Shown in pieces: positions 14,407-27,674 of a DNA stretch of 64,000 nt. The position numbers and the translations under genes are program-made. The DNA comes from Blasia pusilla (lineage: Eukaryota). How positions within the stretch are numbered: the first letter of the stretch is position 1; every line of letters begins with the position of its first letter. A model generated the notes under the pieces. It saw nothing but the letters and a program-made list of their open reading frames with translations. It was not told the origin of the DNA and did no database searches. The stretch lies in the NCBI GenBank assembly GCA_050084515.1, contig CM114271.1, forward strand, positions 36,766,001 through 36,830,000. The letters run 5' to 3'.

Positions 14407-17400
14407 CTATTGTCTTGGACCTATGCCAAGACCCTTCAGATGTCGGTGAAGCTGATCTCCGCTCAAGGCTTTCGTGAAGATGTCTGTACGGTTATCCTCT
14501 GTTGGACAATAGACTAACTTCAAAACCTCTCTCTCGATCAATTCACGGACAAAGTGGTACTGGATCTCTATGTGCTTCGTACGAGCATGAAACACATGAT
14601 TATGTGCTATGGCAATGCAACTCTGATTGTCACACCACATTACAATAGCACTTTCAGGTGCTTCTCCTATGTCCTCCAATATCCATCTCAACCATACTAC
14701 TTCACAAGAAGCATAACAAGCCGCCTTGTACTCTACCTTGGTAGAAGAAAGGGCCACTGTAGGTTGCTTCTTGCTGACCCATGACACCACACCTGATCCT
14801 ACTAAGAAGCAATAACCCGAAATTGATCTTCCAGAATTTGAATCTCCTGCCCAATCCGAGTCACAAAAACCTGTCATTTCCGTCCCTGCTCCATAGGTAA
14901 TGTCGTACTCCATAGTGCCTTTGATGAACTCCAACACACGCATCCCTGCCTTCCAATGGTTCTCACGAGGCTTAGTTGAGAACCTACTCAACACTCCCAC
15001 AGCGAAGCTAATGTCTGGTCTACTGTTACACAAAAATATCAAACTGCCTACAAGCTTTTTGTACAACTTTTCATCTACCAATGGTGAAACATCCTCCATC
15101 GAGAGTTTCAACTCTACCTCCATTGGCGAGACCACTGCCTTACACTCGGTCATCCCGAATGCCTTCAAGATTTCTCTAGCATACTTCTGCTGAGAGAGAA
15201 AAATAGAATCTGACTGTTGCCAAATTTCCAGTCCTATAAAGTAGTGCAAAAGACCTAAATCTGACATTTCAAACTCAGATTTCAACACTCCCTTCATTTC
15301 CTCTATTTTCTTAATGTGGTCTCTTGTGATGATCAGATCATCCACATACAAGACTATCAACATATACATCCCATCTTCGCAAAACACATACAAATTTGCT
15401 TCTGAAGGACTCTTGATGAGACCCTTCTCTCGAAAGAATGTATCTATTCGTTGATACCATACCCTTGGGGCTTGCTTCAACCCATACAATGCTCGATGAA
15501 GTAAACAAACTTTCTCTTCTGATCCGGGCGTCTCAAAACCTGGTGGTTGAGAAACATATACCTCCTCCTTGAGACTCCCGTTCAGAAAAGCAGACTTCAC
15601 ATCCTATTGGTATACAGGCCAACGTCTTGTTCCTGCAACCGCTAGAACAATTCGAATGGTTGTCATCCTTGCAGTGGGAGCAAAAGTCTCATAGTAGTCA
15701 AAACCTTCGATTTGTGAGCATCCTTGTGTGACCAGCCTCGCTTTGAATTTATCCAATGTACCGTCCGACTTGTACTTGGTCTTGTACACCCACTTGGTGC
15801 GTATTATCTTCCTGTCCTTTGGCTTTTCAACCAAAGTCCAAGTTTCATTTCTCTGAATAGCGTCTATCTCCATCTGCATGGCCTCTCTCCATTGAGGATG
15901 AGCCAGGGCCTCATCCAAGCATGATGGCTCTTCCACCTTCAAGACCTCTGTCATCAGGGCCATGTTGACGAGATGTGCGGAAGCTCTATTATGCTCCTCT
16001 AGTCTCTTGGATCTCCTTGGATGTGTAACAACTTCATCAGTTGCTAGTGGATCCTTACCATCCAAGAGCTGCTTTATCCACTTAGGTATGCGACCGTAGT
16101 GGAAGAGCAAGGTTGCTCTTTGTAATCATCACCAAATTCTTCTTCTTGATGATTGGTGTAAACATTTGTGGTGTGCTTTGGTGGGTTATCTCTTCGTTTG
16201 ATGATAATGTGGACGGACCACGATATCCGCCACTTGACGAGGTGTTCTCGAACACCACATCACGACTCACAAGCATCTTCTTTTCCTCGGACACCAAAGG
16301 CGATAAGCTTTAGACTCATCATCTTTGTATCCCATAAAGATGCACTTCCTGCTCTTGGACTCCAGCTTGGTCTGGATGCTTCAGGAATATGTACAAAACA
16401 CTCACTACCAAAAGTCCTGAAATGTTGGGTGATGGTACCTTACCTCAAGTATGATTGATGAGGAGTCATGCCTTGCATTGACTTGGTAGCACTTCTATTT
16501 AGAATGTATACGGCAAGATAATACGACTTCACCCAAAATCCTTCATCAAACCTTTTGCTTTCATCATACATCTTGCCATCTCCACCACTGTACGGTTTCG
16601 ACGCTCAACAACTCCATTTTATTGTGATGTATGTGCCGTGGTTAGCTGTCCCTTGATTCCATGCTCTCCCAAATATTTGTTGAATTCTGTTGATAAGAAT
16701 TCTCCTCCTCGATCGGTGCCAAGCTTTTGTATCTTCTTTCCTGTCTCATTCTCAACCAGCTTGTGCCATACTTTAAATTTTCCAAAAGCACTTGCCTTAT
16801 CACGAAGGAAATACACCCACATCTTCCTACTATAATCGTCGATAACTAAAAAGAAGTAGGAAGAACCACCTAATGCCACTGTTCTCATTTTACCACAGAG
16901 GTCAGCATGTATCAACTCTAGAAGAGCCTTTGCCCTATTGCTGAACTCATGTGGAAATGGTTGTCGGTGTTGCTTGCCCATCATACAAGCTTCACAAGTA
17001 TCCGACACTCCAGAAATTGTTGGTAAATCAGCAACCATGCCAGATTTCTGCATCTGACTTAGTAAAGGAAAGCTTGGATGACCAAATCTTTCATGCCACA
17101 ACTTACTGCTACTAAGATCTGTTCCTACACTTGTCGTGAAAGCATATAACTCGTAGATATTTCCACGTCGTATACCTTCATCCACTACTTTCCCATTGGC
17201 ATCCTCAATGACTGCTCCCGTTTTCTTGAAACGAAATTCTAGGTCACGATCACATAATACTGCCACTGAAATCAAATTTCGCTTCAACTCTGGTACGTAC
17301 AGTACATCAATTAACTTCTTTTCATCTCCTTTTTGTGAGACTAAAGAAATTGTGCCTTTCCCTTCTACAGGGCATTTGCATTATTCCCAACAGTAACAAT

Positions 17401-18430
17401 GATGGGCTCTTGTAGAGGCTGTAAGGAGCTATACCAATCCTTATGATTGGTCATATGCCTAGATGCTCCACTATCGAGCATCCATGCATCTTCACTCTTT
17501 GACTTAGTGGAATATTTTGCCTGTGTGCAAAATCTTCAATTGCTACCCAAACATCTACTTCATGTTCTCCTAGTTCTACAGAATTTCGAGACTCCTTCTT
17601 AGGTCTTAAACAACCGTTCTTCTCATCCTGACTCCTCTTTCTACAATGTTTGATAAGATTAAATTTCCAAGGAAAGCCTTCAAATGATAAAAGCATTTGA
17701 AGGCTTTCCTTGGAAATTTCTTCTTGATATTTGAATTATAATCCTGATTTCTACCTCTCTATACGTTGGCAATAAATGTTGCATCACTTCCCTCTCTTGC
17801 TTTGAAGTGCATCTCGTCTTCTACCAACATTGCACTAAATTGTTCAAAAGTAAGCGGCGTGGGTCTTATTTGAGTATTCAATGCAGTGACCAAACTGTCA
17901 TAGCTTGGAGGCAAAATCCTTATGCATCGACGTGCCAAATCTTCGCTAGACTTTGAAATTCCTACAAAAGCCATATGATCTTGAAGATTCTTGATCCTTG
18001 TCAAAAATTGCTCCGCGCTTTCTCCTTCTGAAATTTTTTCGGACGTAAGCTGATTCTCCAGATTCTGAATCCGAATCTCATTCTCGTTTCATACTGATTC
18101 TTCAGAATGTTCCACGCCTTAGCAGCACTGGTTGTATGCTGAATGAGAGTCTTGACAGAATCAGTTACATTCGTGACAATCGCATATAGAGCATCAGCGT
18201 TTCTGCGTTTCCATGCCAGAAATACAACAGGATCGATATCCCCAGATGAAGATGAACATGCAGAACTCAAAGTAGTTTGTGGATTCGAATCGACCCCTGT
18301 GGCCGTCTCCCAGATCTCAAATGATTCAAGGACAATTCTCATTTTGAACTTCCACAATGTATAGTTAGACCCATCTAACTACCCTTCACCCAACGGAGGA
18401 GGGCGAGTAGGTACTGAAGAAGAAGTAGCC
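14407..18430 (-). pseudogene. Copia gag-pol polyprotein, fragmented by stops and frameshifts
   Basis: ORFs 18001-18357, 17759-18004, 16619-17287, 15604-16110 and 14407-15600 carry successive gag, IN, RT and RNaseH motifs. Confidence 0.93.
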
Positions 18431-18502
18431 ATCTCTCAAGATTTTCTGCAAACACAATAAATCGCAAGATAAAATATTGTAAAACCTATTGCTCTGATAC
18501 CA

Positions 18503-18919
18503 TGTGAGAAAACAGAAAGTGACGAAATCACTTAAATCTTTACACAACTTAGAGATACAAAGTGGCCTAGTTCGTCTGTGCACTCACAGTAGAGCTTCGA
18601 TGCAACCTGAACATGGAGATAACTCGACGTACGAGAATGCGCTACCGTTGTGGCTCCCGACTATTTCACTACTCGAGAAAACTAGGGTTTTTACCTATTT
18701 TTCTTCGTTTCTATTAATAGAAAAATATTGCATCAGGGTGCCCCGCACCCTGATGCAATATAGGGTTAGATAATCCTAGTACCGCTACTCCGTTAACCAC
18801 CTACGTCATATTACTATTACCCTTCGACGTCTAAGTCGGAACCATCAATCTAGGCTTCTCCTCATACAAGGGGCCCGATCAGATTAATGATGCTCAGAGG
18901 AGTAGATTTTGAGAATCCA
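18503..18919 (-). repeat. Copia LTR (5' LTR of element A; outer terminal trinucleotide missing)
   Basis: Adjacent to the PBS. The outer end reads GAGAATCCA-CTTTG instead of GAGAATCCAACA. Confidence 0.9.
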
Positions 18920-18990
18920 CTTTGTATGTCTTTACTCGTCTTGAATGATATGTTTCCTTCTGATTCTACTAACATGGATTTGGACAATCC

Positions 18991-21900
18991 TGTTGGATTC
19001 TCAACATCCACTCCTCTGAGCACCATTGATCTGATCGGCCCCCTTTTTATGAGGAGAAGCCTGGATCGATGGTTCCGACTTAGACGTCGAAGGAGTCATA
19101 GTAATATGACATAGGTGGTTTACGGAGTAGCGTTACTAGGTTTATCTAACCCTATATTGCATCAGGGTGCGGGGCAAAATTTTTCTATTAATAGAAACGA
19201 AGAAAAATAGGTAAAAACCCTAGTTTTCCCGAGTAGTCAAATAGTCGGGAGCCGCAGCGGTAGCGCATTTTCGTATGTCGAGTTATCTCCCAGTTCAGGT
19301 TCCATCGAAGCTCTTCTGTGAGCGCACGGACGGACTATGCCACTTTGTATCTCTAAGTTTTGTAAAGATTTCAGTGATTTTGTCACTTTTTGTTTTCTCA
19401 CATGGTATCAGAGTAGTAGGTTTTCCAGTATTTTGTATCTGGCGATCTAGTGTGTTTGCACAAAATCTTGAGAGATGGCTACTTCTTCGTTAGTTTGTGC
19501 TCGCCCTCCTCCGCTGGGTGAAGGGAAGTTAGATGGGTCTAACTATACGTTGTGGAAGTTCAAAATGAGAACTGTTCTCGAATCATTTGAGATCTGGGAA
19601 ACGGCCACAGGGGTCGATTCAAATCCACAAGCTAGTTTGAGTTCTGCATGTTCATCTTCATCTGGGGATATCGATCCTATTGTATTTTTGGCATGGAGAC
19701 GGAGAAACGCTGATGCTCTATATGTGATTGTCACAAATGTAACTGATTCTATCATGACTCTCATTCAACATACAACCACTACTGCTGAGGCGTGGAACAT
19801 TTTGAAGAATCAGTATGAGACGAGGAATAAGACTCTGATTCAGAATCTGGAGAATCAGCTTATGTCCGAGAAATTTTCAGAAGGAGAAAGCGCGGAGCAA
19901 TTTTTGACAAGGATCAAGAATCTTCAAGATCAGATGGCGTCCGTAGGAATTTCAAAATCTAGCGAAGATTTGGCACGTCGGTGCATAAGGATTTTGCCTC
20001 CAAGATATGATAGTTTGGTCACTGCACTGAATACTCAAATAAGACCCACGCCTCTTACTTTTGAAAAATTTAGTGCAATGTTGATAGAAGAGGAAATGCG
20101 CTTCAAAGCAAGAGAGGGAAGTGATGAAAGCATTTCGCCAACGCATGAGAGGTAGAAATCAGGATTACAGTTCAAATGTCAAGAAGAAATTTCCAAGAAA
20201 AACCTTCAAATGCTTTTATTGTGGTAAGCTAGGTCATCTTATCAAAGATTGTAGAAAGAGGAGTCAGGATGAGAAGAACGGTTGTTTAAGACCTAAGAAG
20301 GAGTCTCAAAAAAAGGAGATGAAAAGAAGTTAACTGATGTACTGTACATACCAGAGTTGAAGCGAAATTTAATTTCAGTAGCAGTATTATGTGATCGTGA
20401 CCTAGAAGTTCGTTTCAAGAAAACTGGAGCAGTCATTGAGGATGCCAATGGGAAAGTAGTGGGTAAAGGTATACGACGTGGTTATATCTACGAGTTGTAT
20501 ACTTTCACGACAAGTGTAGGTACAGATCTTAGTAGCAGTAAGTTGTGGCATAAGAGATTTGGTCACCTAAGCTTTCCCTTACTAAGTCAAATGCAGAAAT
20601 TTGGCATGGTTGTTGATTTACCACAATTTCTGGAGTGTCGGATACATGTAAAGCTTGTATGATGGGCAAGCAACACCGACAACCATTTCCACAAGAGTCC
20701 AGCAATAGAGCAAAGTCTCCTCTAGAGCTGATTCATGCTGACCTCTGTGGTAAAATGAGAACAATGGCATTATTGTTCATGCTGACCTCTGTGGTAAAAT
20801 GAGAACAATGGCATATTGTTCTAGTGGTTGCAGGAACAAGACGTTGGCATGTATACCAATACGATGTGAATTTTGCCTTTCTGAATAGGAGTCTCAAGGA
20901 GGAGATTTATGTATCTCAACCACCAGGTTTTGAGACACCCGGATCTGAAGAGAAAGTGTGTTTACTTCATCGAGCATTGTATGAGTTGAAGCAAGCCCCA
21001 AGGATATGGTATCAACGAATAGATACATTCTTCCGAGAGAAGGGTCTCATCAAGAGTCTTTCAGAAGAAAATTTGTATGTGTTTTGCGAAGATGGGATGT
21101 ATATGTTGACAATCCTATATGTGGATGATCTTATCATCACAAGAGACCACAGTAAGAAAATAGAGGAAATGAAGGTAGTGTTGAAATCTGCGTTTGAAAT
21201 GTCAGATTTAGGTCTTTTGCACTACTTTATAAGGCTGGAGATTTGGCAACAGTCAGATTCTTTTTTCTCTCTCAGAAAAAGTATGCTAGAGAAATCTTGA
21301 AGGCATTCGGGATGACCGAGTGTAAGGAAGTGGTCTCGCCAATGGAGGTAGAGTTGAAACTCTCGATGGAGGATGTTTCACCATTGGTAGATGAAAAGTT
21401 GTACAGAAAGCTTGTAGGCAGTTTGATATTTTTGTGTAACACTAGACCAGACATAAGCTTCGTTGTGGGAGTGTTGAGTAGGTTCTCGACTAAGCCTCGT
21501 GAGAACCATTGGAAGGCAGGGATGCATGTGTTGAAGTACATCAAAGGCAGTATCGAGTACGGCATCACCTATGGAGCAAGGACGAAAATGACAGGTTTTT
21601 GTGACTCGGATTGGGCAGGAGATTCAGATTCTCGAAGATCAGTTTCGGGTTATTGCTTCTTGGTAGAATCAAGTGTGGTGTCATGGGTCAGCAAGAAGCA
21701 ACCTACAGTGGCTCTTTCTTCTACCGAGGCAGAGTACAAGGAGGCTTGTTATGCTTCTTGTGAAGTAGTATGATTGAGATGGATATTGGAGGACATATGA
21801 GAAGCACCAAAAAGTGCTACTGTAATGTGGTGTGACAATCAGATTTGCATTGCCATAGCACATAATCTTGTGTTTCATGCTCGTACGAAGCACATAGAGA

Positions 21901-22485
21901 TCCAGTATCATTTTTTTCGAGAATTGATCGAGAGAGAGGTTTTGAAGTTAGTCTATTGTCCAACAAAGGATAATCGTGTAGACATCTTCACGAAAGCTTT
22001 GAGCGGAGATCAGCTTCACTGACATCTCAAGGGTCTTGGCATAGGTCAAAGATAGTAGTCCACATGAGAGTGGATATTGAGGGGGGTGTTGGATTCTCAA
22101 CATCCTCTCCTCTGAGTACTATTAATCTGATCAGCCCTCTTATATGAGGAGAAGCCTAGATTAATGGTTTCGACTTAGACGTCGAAGGATTCATAGTAAT
22201 ATGACGTAGGTGGTTTACGGAGTAACCGTACTAGGATTATCTAACCCTATATTAATTTCTTTGTTTCTATTAATAGAAATGAAGAAAAATAGGTAAAAAC
22301 CCTAGTTTTCTCGAGTAGTGAAATAGTCGGGAGCCGCAGCGGTAGCGCATTCTGGTATGTCGAGTTATCTTCATGTTCAGGTTTCATCGAAGCTCTTCTG
22401 TGAGCGCACGGACGGACTAGGCCACTTTGTATCTCTACGTTATGTAAATATTTCAGTGATTTCCTTTCATTTCAGTTTTCTCAGA
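18991..22485 (+). mobile_element. Ty1/copia LTR retrotransposon B, same family, internally deleted
   Basis: LTRs at 18991-19402 and 22087-22485. PBS TGGTATCAGAG at 19403-19413 and PPT just before 22087. Contains gag 19475-20155, zinc knuckle CFYCGKLGHLIKDC and RT/RNaseH 20824-22022. The protease region and the integrase core/RT start are deleted. Confidence 0.95.
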
Positions 22486-24243
22486 GAGGTGAAGAATCAA
22501 GGGTGGTGTGTAGAATCATATAAGCGAGGAGATGGATTGTCCAAATCCATATTAGTAGAATGAGAAGGAAGCATATTATTCAAGACGAGTAAAGACATAA
22601 TTATTGAAAGAAAGTATAATAATTATGGTTGTTCATCTACACTAGATTTAGATAGAGAGAATTAAGGTTAGGTAAAGGTGAATTTATGATTGAAAATCAC
22701 TTTAAGAAGAAGAAAAAAAAACGGAACTGGAGAAAAAAAAAGATAGGAGAAATAACCAATATGATATCTAAAGAAGTGGCTCAAGAATATGGATTTAGAA
22801 TGCCCTTAAGTGGATAGCAAAAGTGGGCAAGAGAGAAGTAGTGAGATAAAGTGTTGAAAGAGTTTACCTTAAAAAACGCAAGGAAGAAAAAATGGAAAAC
22901 CAAATTGTGTCCAAAAGCTAGTTTGCCAAGAAGATCGTTGATACGTCATAAGAAAGTAAAAAAAGAAATTGGAAACCACTACAACAGGGATAAGAGGAAA
23001 AAGTGAAAGCCCACCCAATGATGATTGAAATGAATGGATGGGGTTATAATGTTAGGCCTAACATTTGGCAAAGTATTGAGAAAGGCAAAAGGAAGGACCT
23101 GATTGAGTGCACTATAAAATGAGCAAAATGTATGAAATTGCATGTAGGGATCTATGAGTATATTCATAAGGAAGAGGTCCAAAGATCCCACGAATTTTGG
23201 CAAGCCCCATGATCACTGGTAAAAAGAAAGATCCAAAGTTCAAGAATGAGAAGTTGAAAAAATTGAGTCTTAGATTGAATGCATTAAAGTCAACAAAACA
23301 CTTGATGATCCCTCATGTTCTCTCCTCCTTTTCCTCATCACTCCCTAAAACATAGTATAGGTATGAATTCTTTTATTGTTCTAAATTGTCTCTATCATTC
23401 ATAAAAACAACACAAGTTTTCCTCTCCAAGAAATAATCCAAAGATCGATGAGAGGGAGAGAAGGTTTCAATTCCTCGCTAGTTTTCAAATGTCCAATTGA
23501 AGGCCTCAGGGTTTTTACCTGTTATATTTTTGGGTTTTATTTCATAAGATTAAGTTTTTAAAATTTACAATTACATATAAGGTAAGAGATACTTCATAAT
23601 TATTCTATGACTTTTTTATTTGGAGAAATTTTTTTTTTATTAAGTAAACTCTTTTCTTTCAACTGAAATCCTCGAGAAATCATTCAGTTTTCCATTTATT
23701 CATTATCACACATAAATTACAAACTTTTCCTCTTTTCTTTCTAAATGAAGTGATATGATACTTAAATTTTCTCTTTGGAATATCTTATATTATTTCTTAT
23801 GGAAGGAAAATAAGACGAGTCACTTATGAATATAATATTTCATAATTTCATATGGGAAAAAAACAAAAAATTAATTGATTAATTAAATTGGAAAGCATTC
23901 TTATTTTCAAAAAACAATACTATACATTATATTTTCTTTGAGAAAAGCGTCAACCCATTTACAAAATACATTCTTCACTTCAAAATTCCCAAAATCTTGA
24001 ATAATAGTTGGGATATGATTAGAATATACAAATATCAATTAAAATAGAATTATCATCATAACAAAATGACTATTGTTCAAATATGAAAGTACATTCATTT
24101 TAATTTACAAACTTTCATTCAATGGCTCTTCAATTTCTTGTGTTATTTAAGTTAGCATATTGTTACATGAAGTTATGTGTACGTAAAAAATCACTTCAGA
24201 AATTTCCAAACTGAATTTTTTAATCTTGAAAATGATGGATTAT

Positions 24244-24617
24244 TTCTTGGATATTCAACATCCACTTCTCATTATGCACCATCAATCTCTACGGCCAAAT
24301 TATATGAGGAGAAACCCAGATTGATGATCTTGACTTACACCTCAAAGAAGTCGTAATTATATGACGTTGGTGGTTTGTGGATTATAGTGGTAGTAGGATA
24401 TCTAATCCTAATTCACTCTGATGCAAATTTCTCCTGTAAAAGAATAGAAGAAAAGAAGTCAAGTGATCAAATAATCAAGGACGTCTGTGGTAGCATATTC
24501 TTGTATGTTGAGTTTTCTCCATGTCCAATTTCCATCAACAATCTATTATAAGCGTGTAGACAAACTAGGCCACTTTTTAGTGTCAAGATTTGTTACATAT
24601 TTTAGTGATATGTACAA
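24244..24617 (+). repeat. Old, diverged solo LTR of the same copia family
   Basis: Collinear similarity to 22087-22460 (e.g. TATATGAGGAGAAACCCAGATTGATG, ACTAGGCCACTTTT). No adjacent internal domain. Confidence 0.75.
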
Positions 24618-25831
24618 CTTAGCGTAGTTCTTTCCAATTTATCATGTTTATCACAATCTACATTTTCACAACAATTTCTACTCATGCTAATTTTTTTCTC
24701 TTGACATCTTCATTGAAAATATTCTGAATAAAAAAGAAAAAATATAGAATTATGTACAATTCCAGTTTCTAACTCTATAAATTTATCAAGATTTATCTTA
24801 ATCTCTTTTATTTTGATATTTAAATATTTTTAATCTAAAATTATTATTTTTTCTCTTCATGTTTCATAAAGTTTTAAACAAAAGCTGGAAGCCAATTTTT
24901 TTCAAGGAAATGAATAGAGTATAGTTGATTCTAAAATTCTGATTTTTAATCATGTTATGTAGCCAAGTAAATAATAATAAGGAATATTCCTACAATGCAT
25001 ATGCAATAATTTATGATTCAGGTATTATTGTATTAATATTTTTCCCATCTAGTTAGTTGGTCTTCTAAATAGGACCATTTAGTTGATCTTCTAAATTTGG
25101 AATTATTTCTTTTAGCATTCTCTTCTAAACTTGTTGGTGGTCTATGCATCAGTAATTTAAAATTACTTGCTACAAAGAATTTAAGTTGATGATAAAATAG
25201 AGTTTATTTCTAAGGTTTGAAATGTAAAAGGGCTCTGCATTGAATTGAATGAGTGGCACTAACTCAAAAATTCCATAACATGTCCTTAAACTTTAGCATC
25301 CTTTAAAGAAAAAAGTAAAACCTGCTTATTGAAAGGTTTTGGAGACAAGTGATCGATAGGGACTTATAATAATCCAAAATAAAGGGATACTGGAGAAAAG
25401 TTTTTCATAGAATACATCCAATTCATTAACTCTCGTATATTACTACAAAAAATTATATTATTACTACTATTACATAGTACTACATATATTGTTTTCATCA
25501 TTTACACGATGTATAAATTTAGAGACCATACTCTACTATAGAAACCAAACATACACATGAGCATATCTTAAATTATCTCCAATAGTATCTGGTAAAATGC
25601 AACCAGACTTTGAAGAATAGTTTGAAAAGTCTTGAAAGCAATAAAAAGTTATGGGAACTTTGTACACATGATTGCGACTCTTTAAGAATTTTCTACGTCC
25701 TTTTAAACTTTAAAAACTTGTCTCACCCTTTTAAAGTTTATTGTGAAGTCAATCAATTATTTATTATTTCATGGATTTTTTTATCTTTGCATTAGGATAT
25801 TTCGTTGCATGACATGTCATGCTTCCCCATT

Positions 25832-26248
25832 CAAGGTTGCACGGAAATTGACATGTCCATGTACAAGCCGCTCGTATACCGGCAACCCGTATCCAAGCGG
25901 CAAGCCTGCCCGTCAAGCCCATTACGCGGACCCAGGCTAGCCAAGCCTGCATCCATTTTGTAAACGACCTCCATCCCACAAAAGTTCGCGACATACCCGC
26001 AGGGCAGGCTGAGCCCCCATTTGGTGAGCCCAAGCATGTCTAGAGTCAGCACACGACACGATCAAGGTCTGCACATGGCGGGCTAAGAGGCCACAAGTGA
26101 GCTCGTGTCGGCCTTGTATGGGCTCGGCCAGACCGGGTCTATGCAATGGGTTTGGCGGGCTGAGGGACTGCGGATACTTAGGCCCGCGCACACATGTCCG
26201 TCCCTAAGACAAATAAAAGTCCGCGGACACAGACTTTGTGCGACCTTA
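25832..26248. mobile_element. hAT-like MITE
   Basis: TIRs CAAGGTTGCAC...GTGCGACCTTA. Flanks TCCCCATT/TGCCCATT match at 7/8. Confidence 0.8.
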
Positions 26249-27356
26249 TGCCCATTGCCATGTTTAGCTCTTAAGTTTAAACTTAAGGTTGATCATGGCT
26301 ATGATCATGATCATCTTAATGATTTTTCCCTTATATATATTTTTGGTAATATTAAAATTGTGTTACTTTCTTTAAGCATCTGACCTAAAAAACTCTATAG
26401 CATTGGTAATTAAAATTCTCGAATTTACCTTTGATTTAAACTCTCTTGCATATAAAATCAAGCCAAACCACTCTCACATTGAAGATATTACTATTTGGAA
26501 TATAAATCACATGCTCATTACTTGAGATATTATAAATCAGAATTAAAATTTTCATTTAAAACTTGTATTTTATGAAACTTCATTTTATAAATCTTTATCC
26601 ACCTATTCAACACCATAGAGTATAAAAATAAGTCAAATATTGAAAATAAATTTGCAAAAGTTAAAAAAAGATCATGCCTACACTATGCGATTGAATAAGT
26701 TGCAATAATTTTTCAAAACCAAATTTATACTTGATATGGAATGTATTTTCATCTTGTTCATGCAAATCTAATTATTTAAAGAGAAAAAATTTATTATGCA
26801 CTTGAGTTGATGTCGATTTAAGTGAATGTGACATAAATTATATGACCTTAAGTATTCTAACAGTTATATAGCATTTTTAGAAAATTACCATGATTGAGAA
26901 ATGAGTTAAATTATCTAATGGGAATAAATAAATAAATATCATAATTTATATGGAGAGGAATAAGTGGGCAAAATTTTATAAAAAAATTGACTTAAGTATG
27001 AGATTCTTACTCATACATTATTAAAAATAGAGATGATCAGTGGTCTCAACTTATATTTTATAGAATTACTTTCATAGAATTATAAAGAAAGAAAGTGAGT
27101 AAAGCTATTATTCGAGGTTGACTCATATCAATCTCCAATAGAAGATTATCAATGACTCTTAGATGACATAGATATATGCAGTAAAGAATTTTTGGAAATA
27201 AGTTGCTCTTCAATTAGGACATAAAATTTCCATCAAAGGGCATGACATATCATTTTTTAAAGATTAAGTAGCCTAGAAAACTAGTTATAGTAATATTATT
27301 ACTTTTATTATTACAACGTACACCTTTGATTTTTAAACTTCTCTCTCGTTAACATG

Positions 27357-27674
27357 TAAGGTTGCATGTGGATAAAGTTCGTATCCGTGGACTTATGTCC
27401 GTCGTATGGAAGGGCTTATCAATGTGAGCCCTACCTTCCTTTTCTTTCTTATCCCACCCACTTGCCTCCATGATCCGTACTTTCTCCTTTCTTCGGCCCC
27501 CACCCCCACTCCCTCCTCCCCTCACTACCTCAACACACTCGTGCCCTATCTTGGCTTCCATCATGAGCTATAAGTGTCAGCCCCACCTCTTGCAATCCAC
27601 ATCTCTCCACATGTCCAAACTTGTCCGTCCACGTCTGTTTTAGGGACAAACTTGTATGTTTTTGTGCAACATTG
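27357..27674. mobile_element. hAT-like MITE
   Basis: TAAGGTTGCA...TGCAACATTG. Flanks TTAACATG/ATAACATA match at 6/8. Homologous to 13550-13859 and 58330-58683. Confidence 0.78.

Larger units (their letters stand above)
13954..18919 (-). mobile_element. Ty1/copia LTR retrotransposon A, near full length, degenerate
   Basis: LTRs at 13954-14377 and 18503-18919. Met-tRNA PBS (TGGTATCAGAGC, 18491-18502 on -) and PPT at 14378-14386. ORFs encode gag (MWKFKMR), GAG-pre-integrase/integrase (LWHERFGH, IDDYSRK, TDRGGEF), RT (KARLV, YVDD) and RNaseH (CDSDWAG, DIFTKAL) in copia order. Confidence 0.95.

Noticed and set aside
14554-21911. Antisense ORFs over the copia elements (e.g. 14900-15193, 18143-18364, 21272-21568)
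   Set aside because: These are shadow frames of gag-pol. Their recurrence only reflects the duplicated element.
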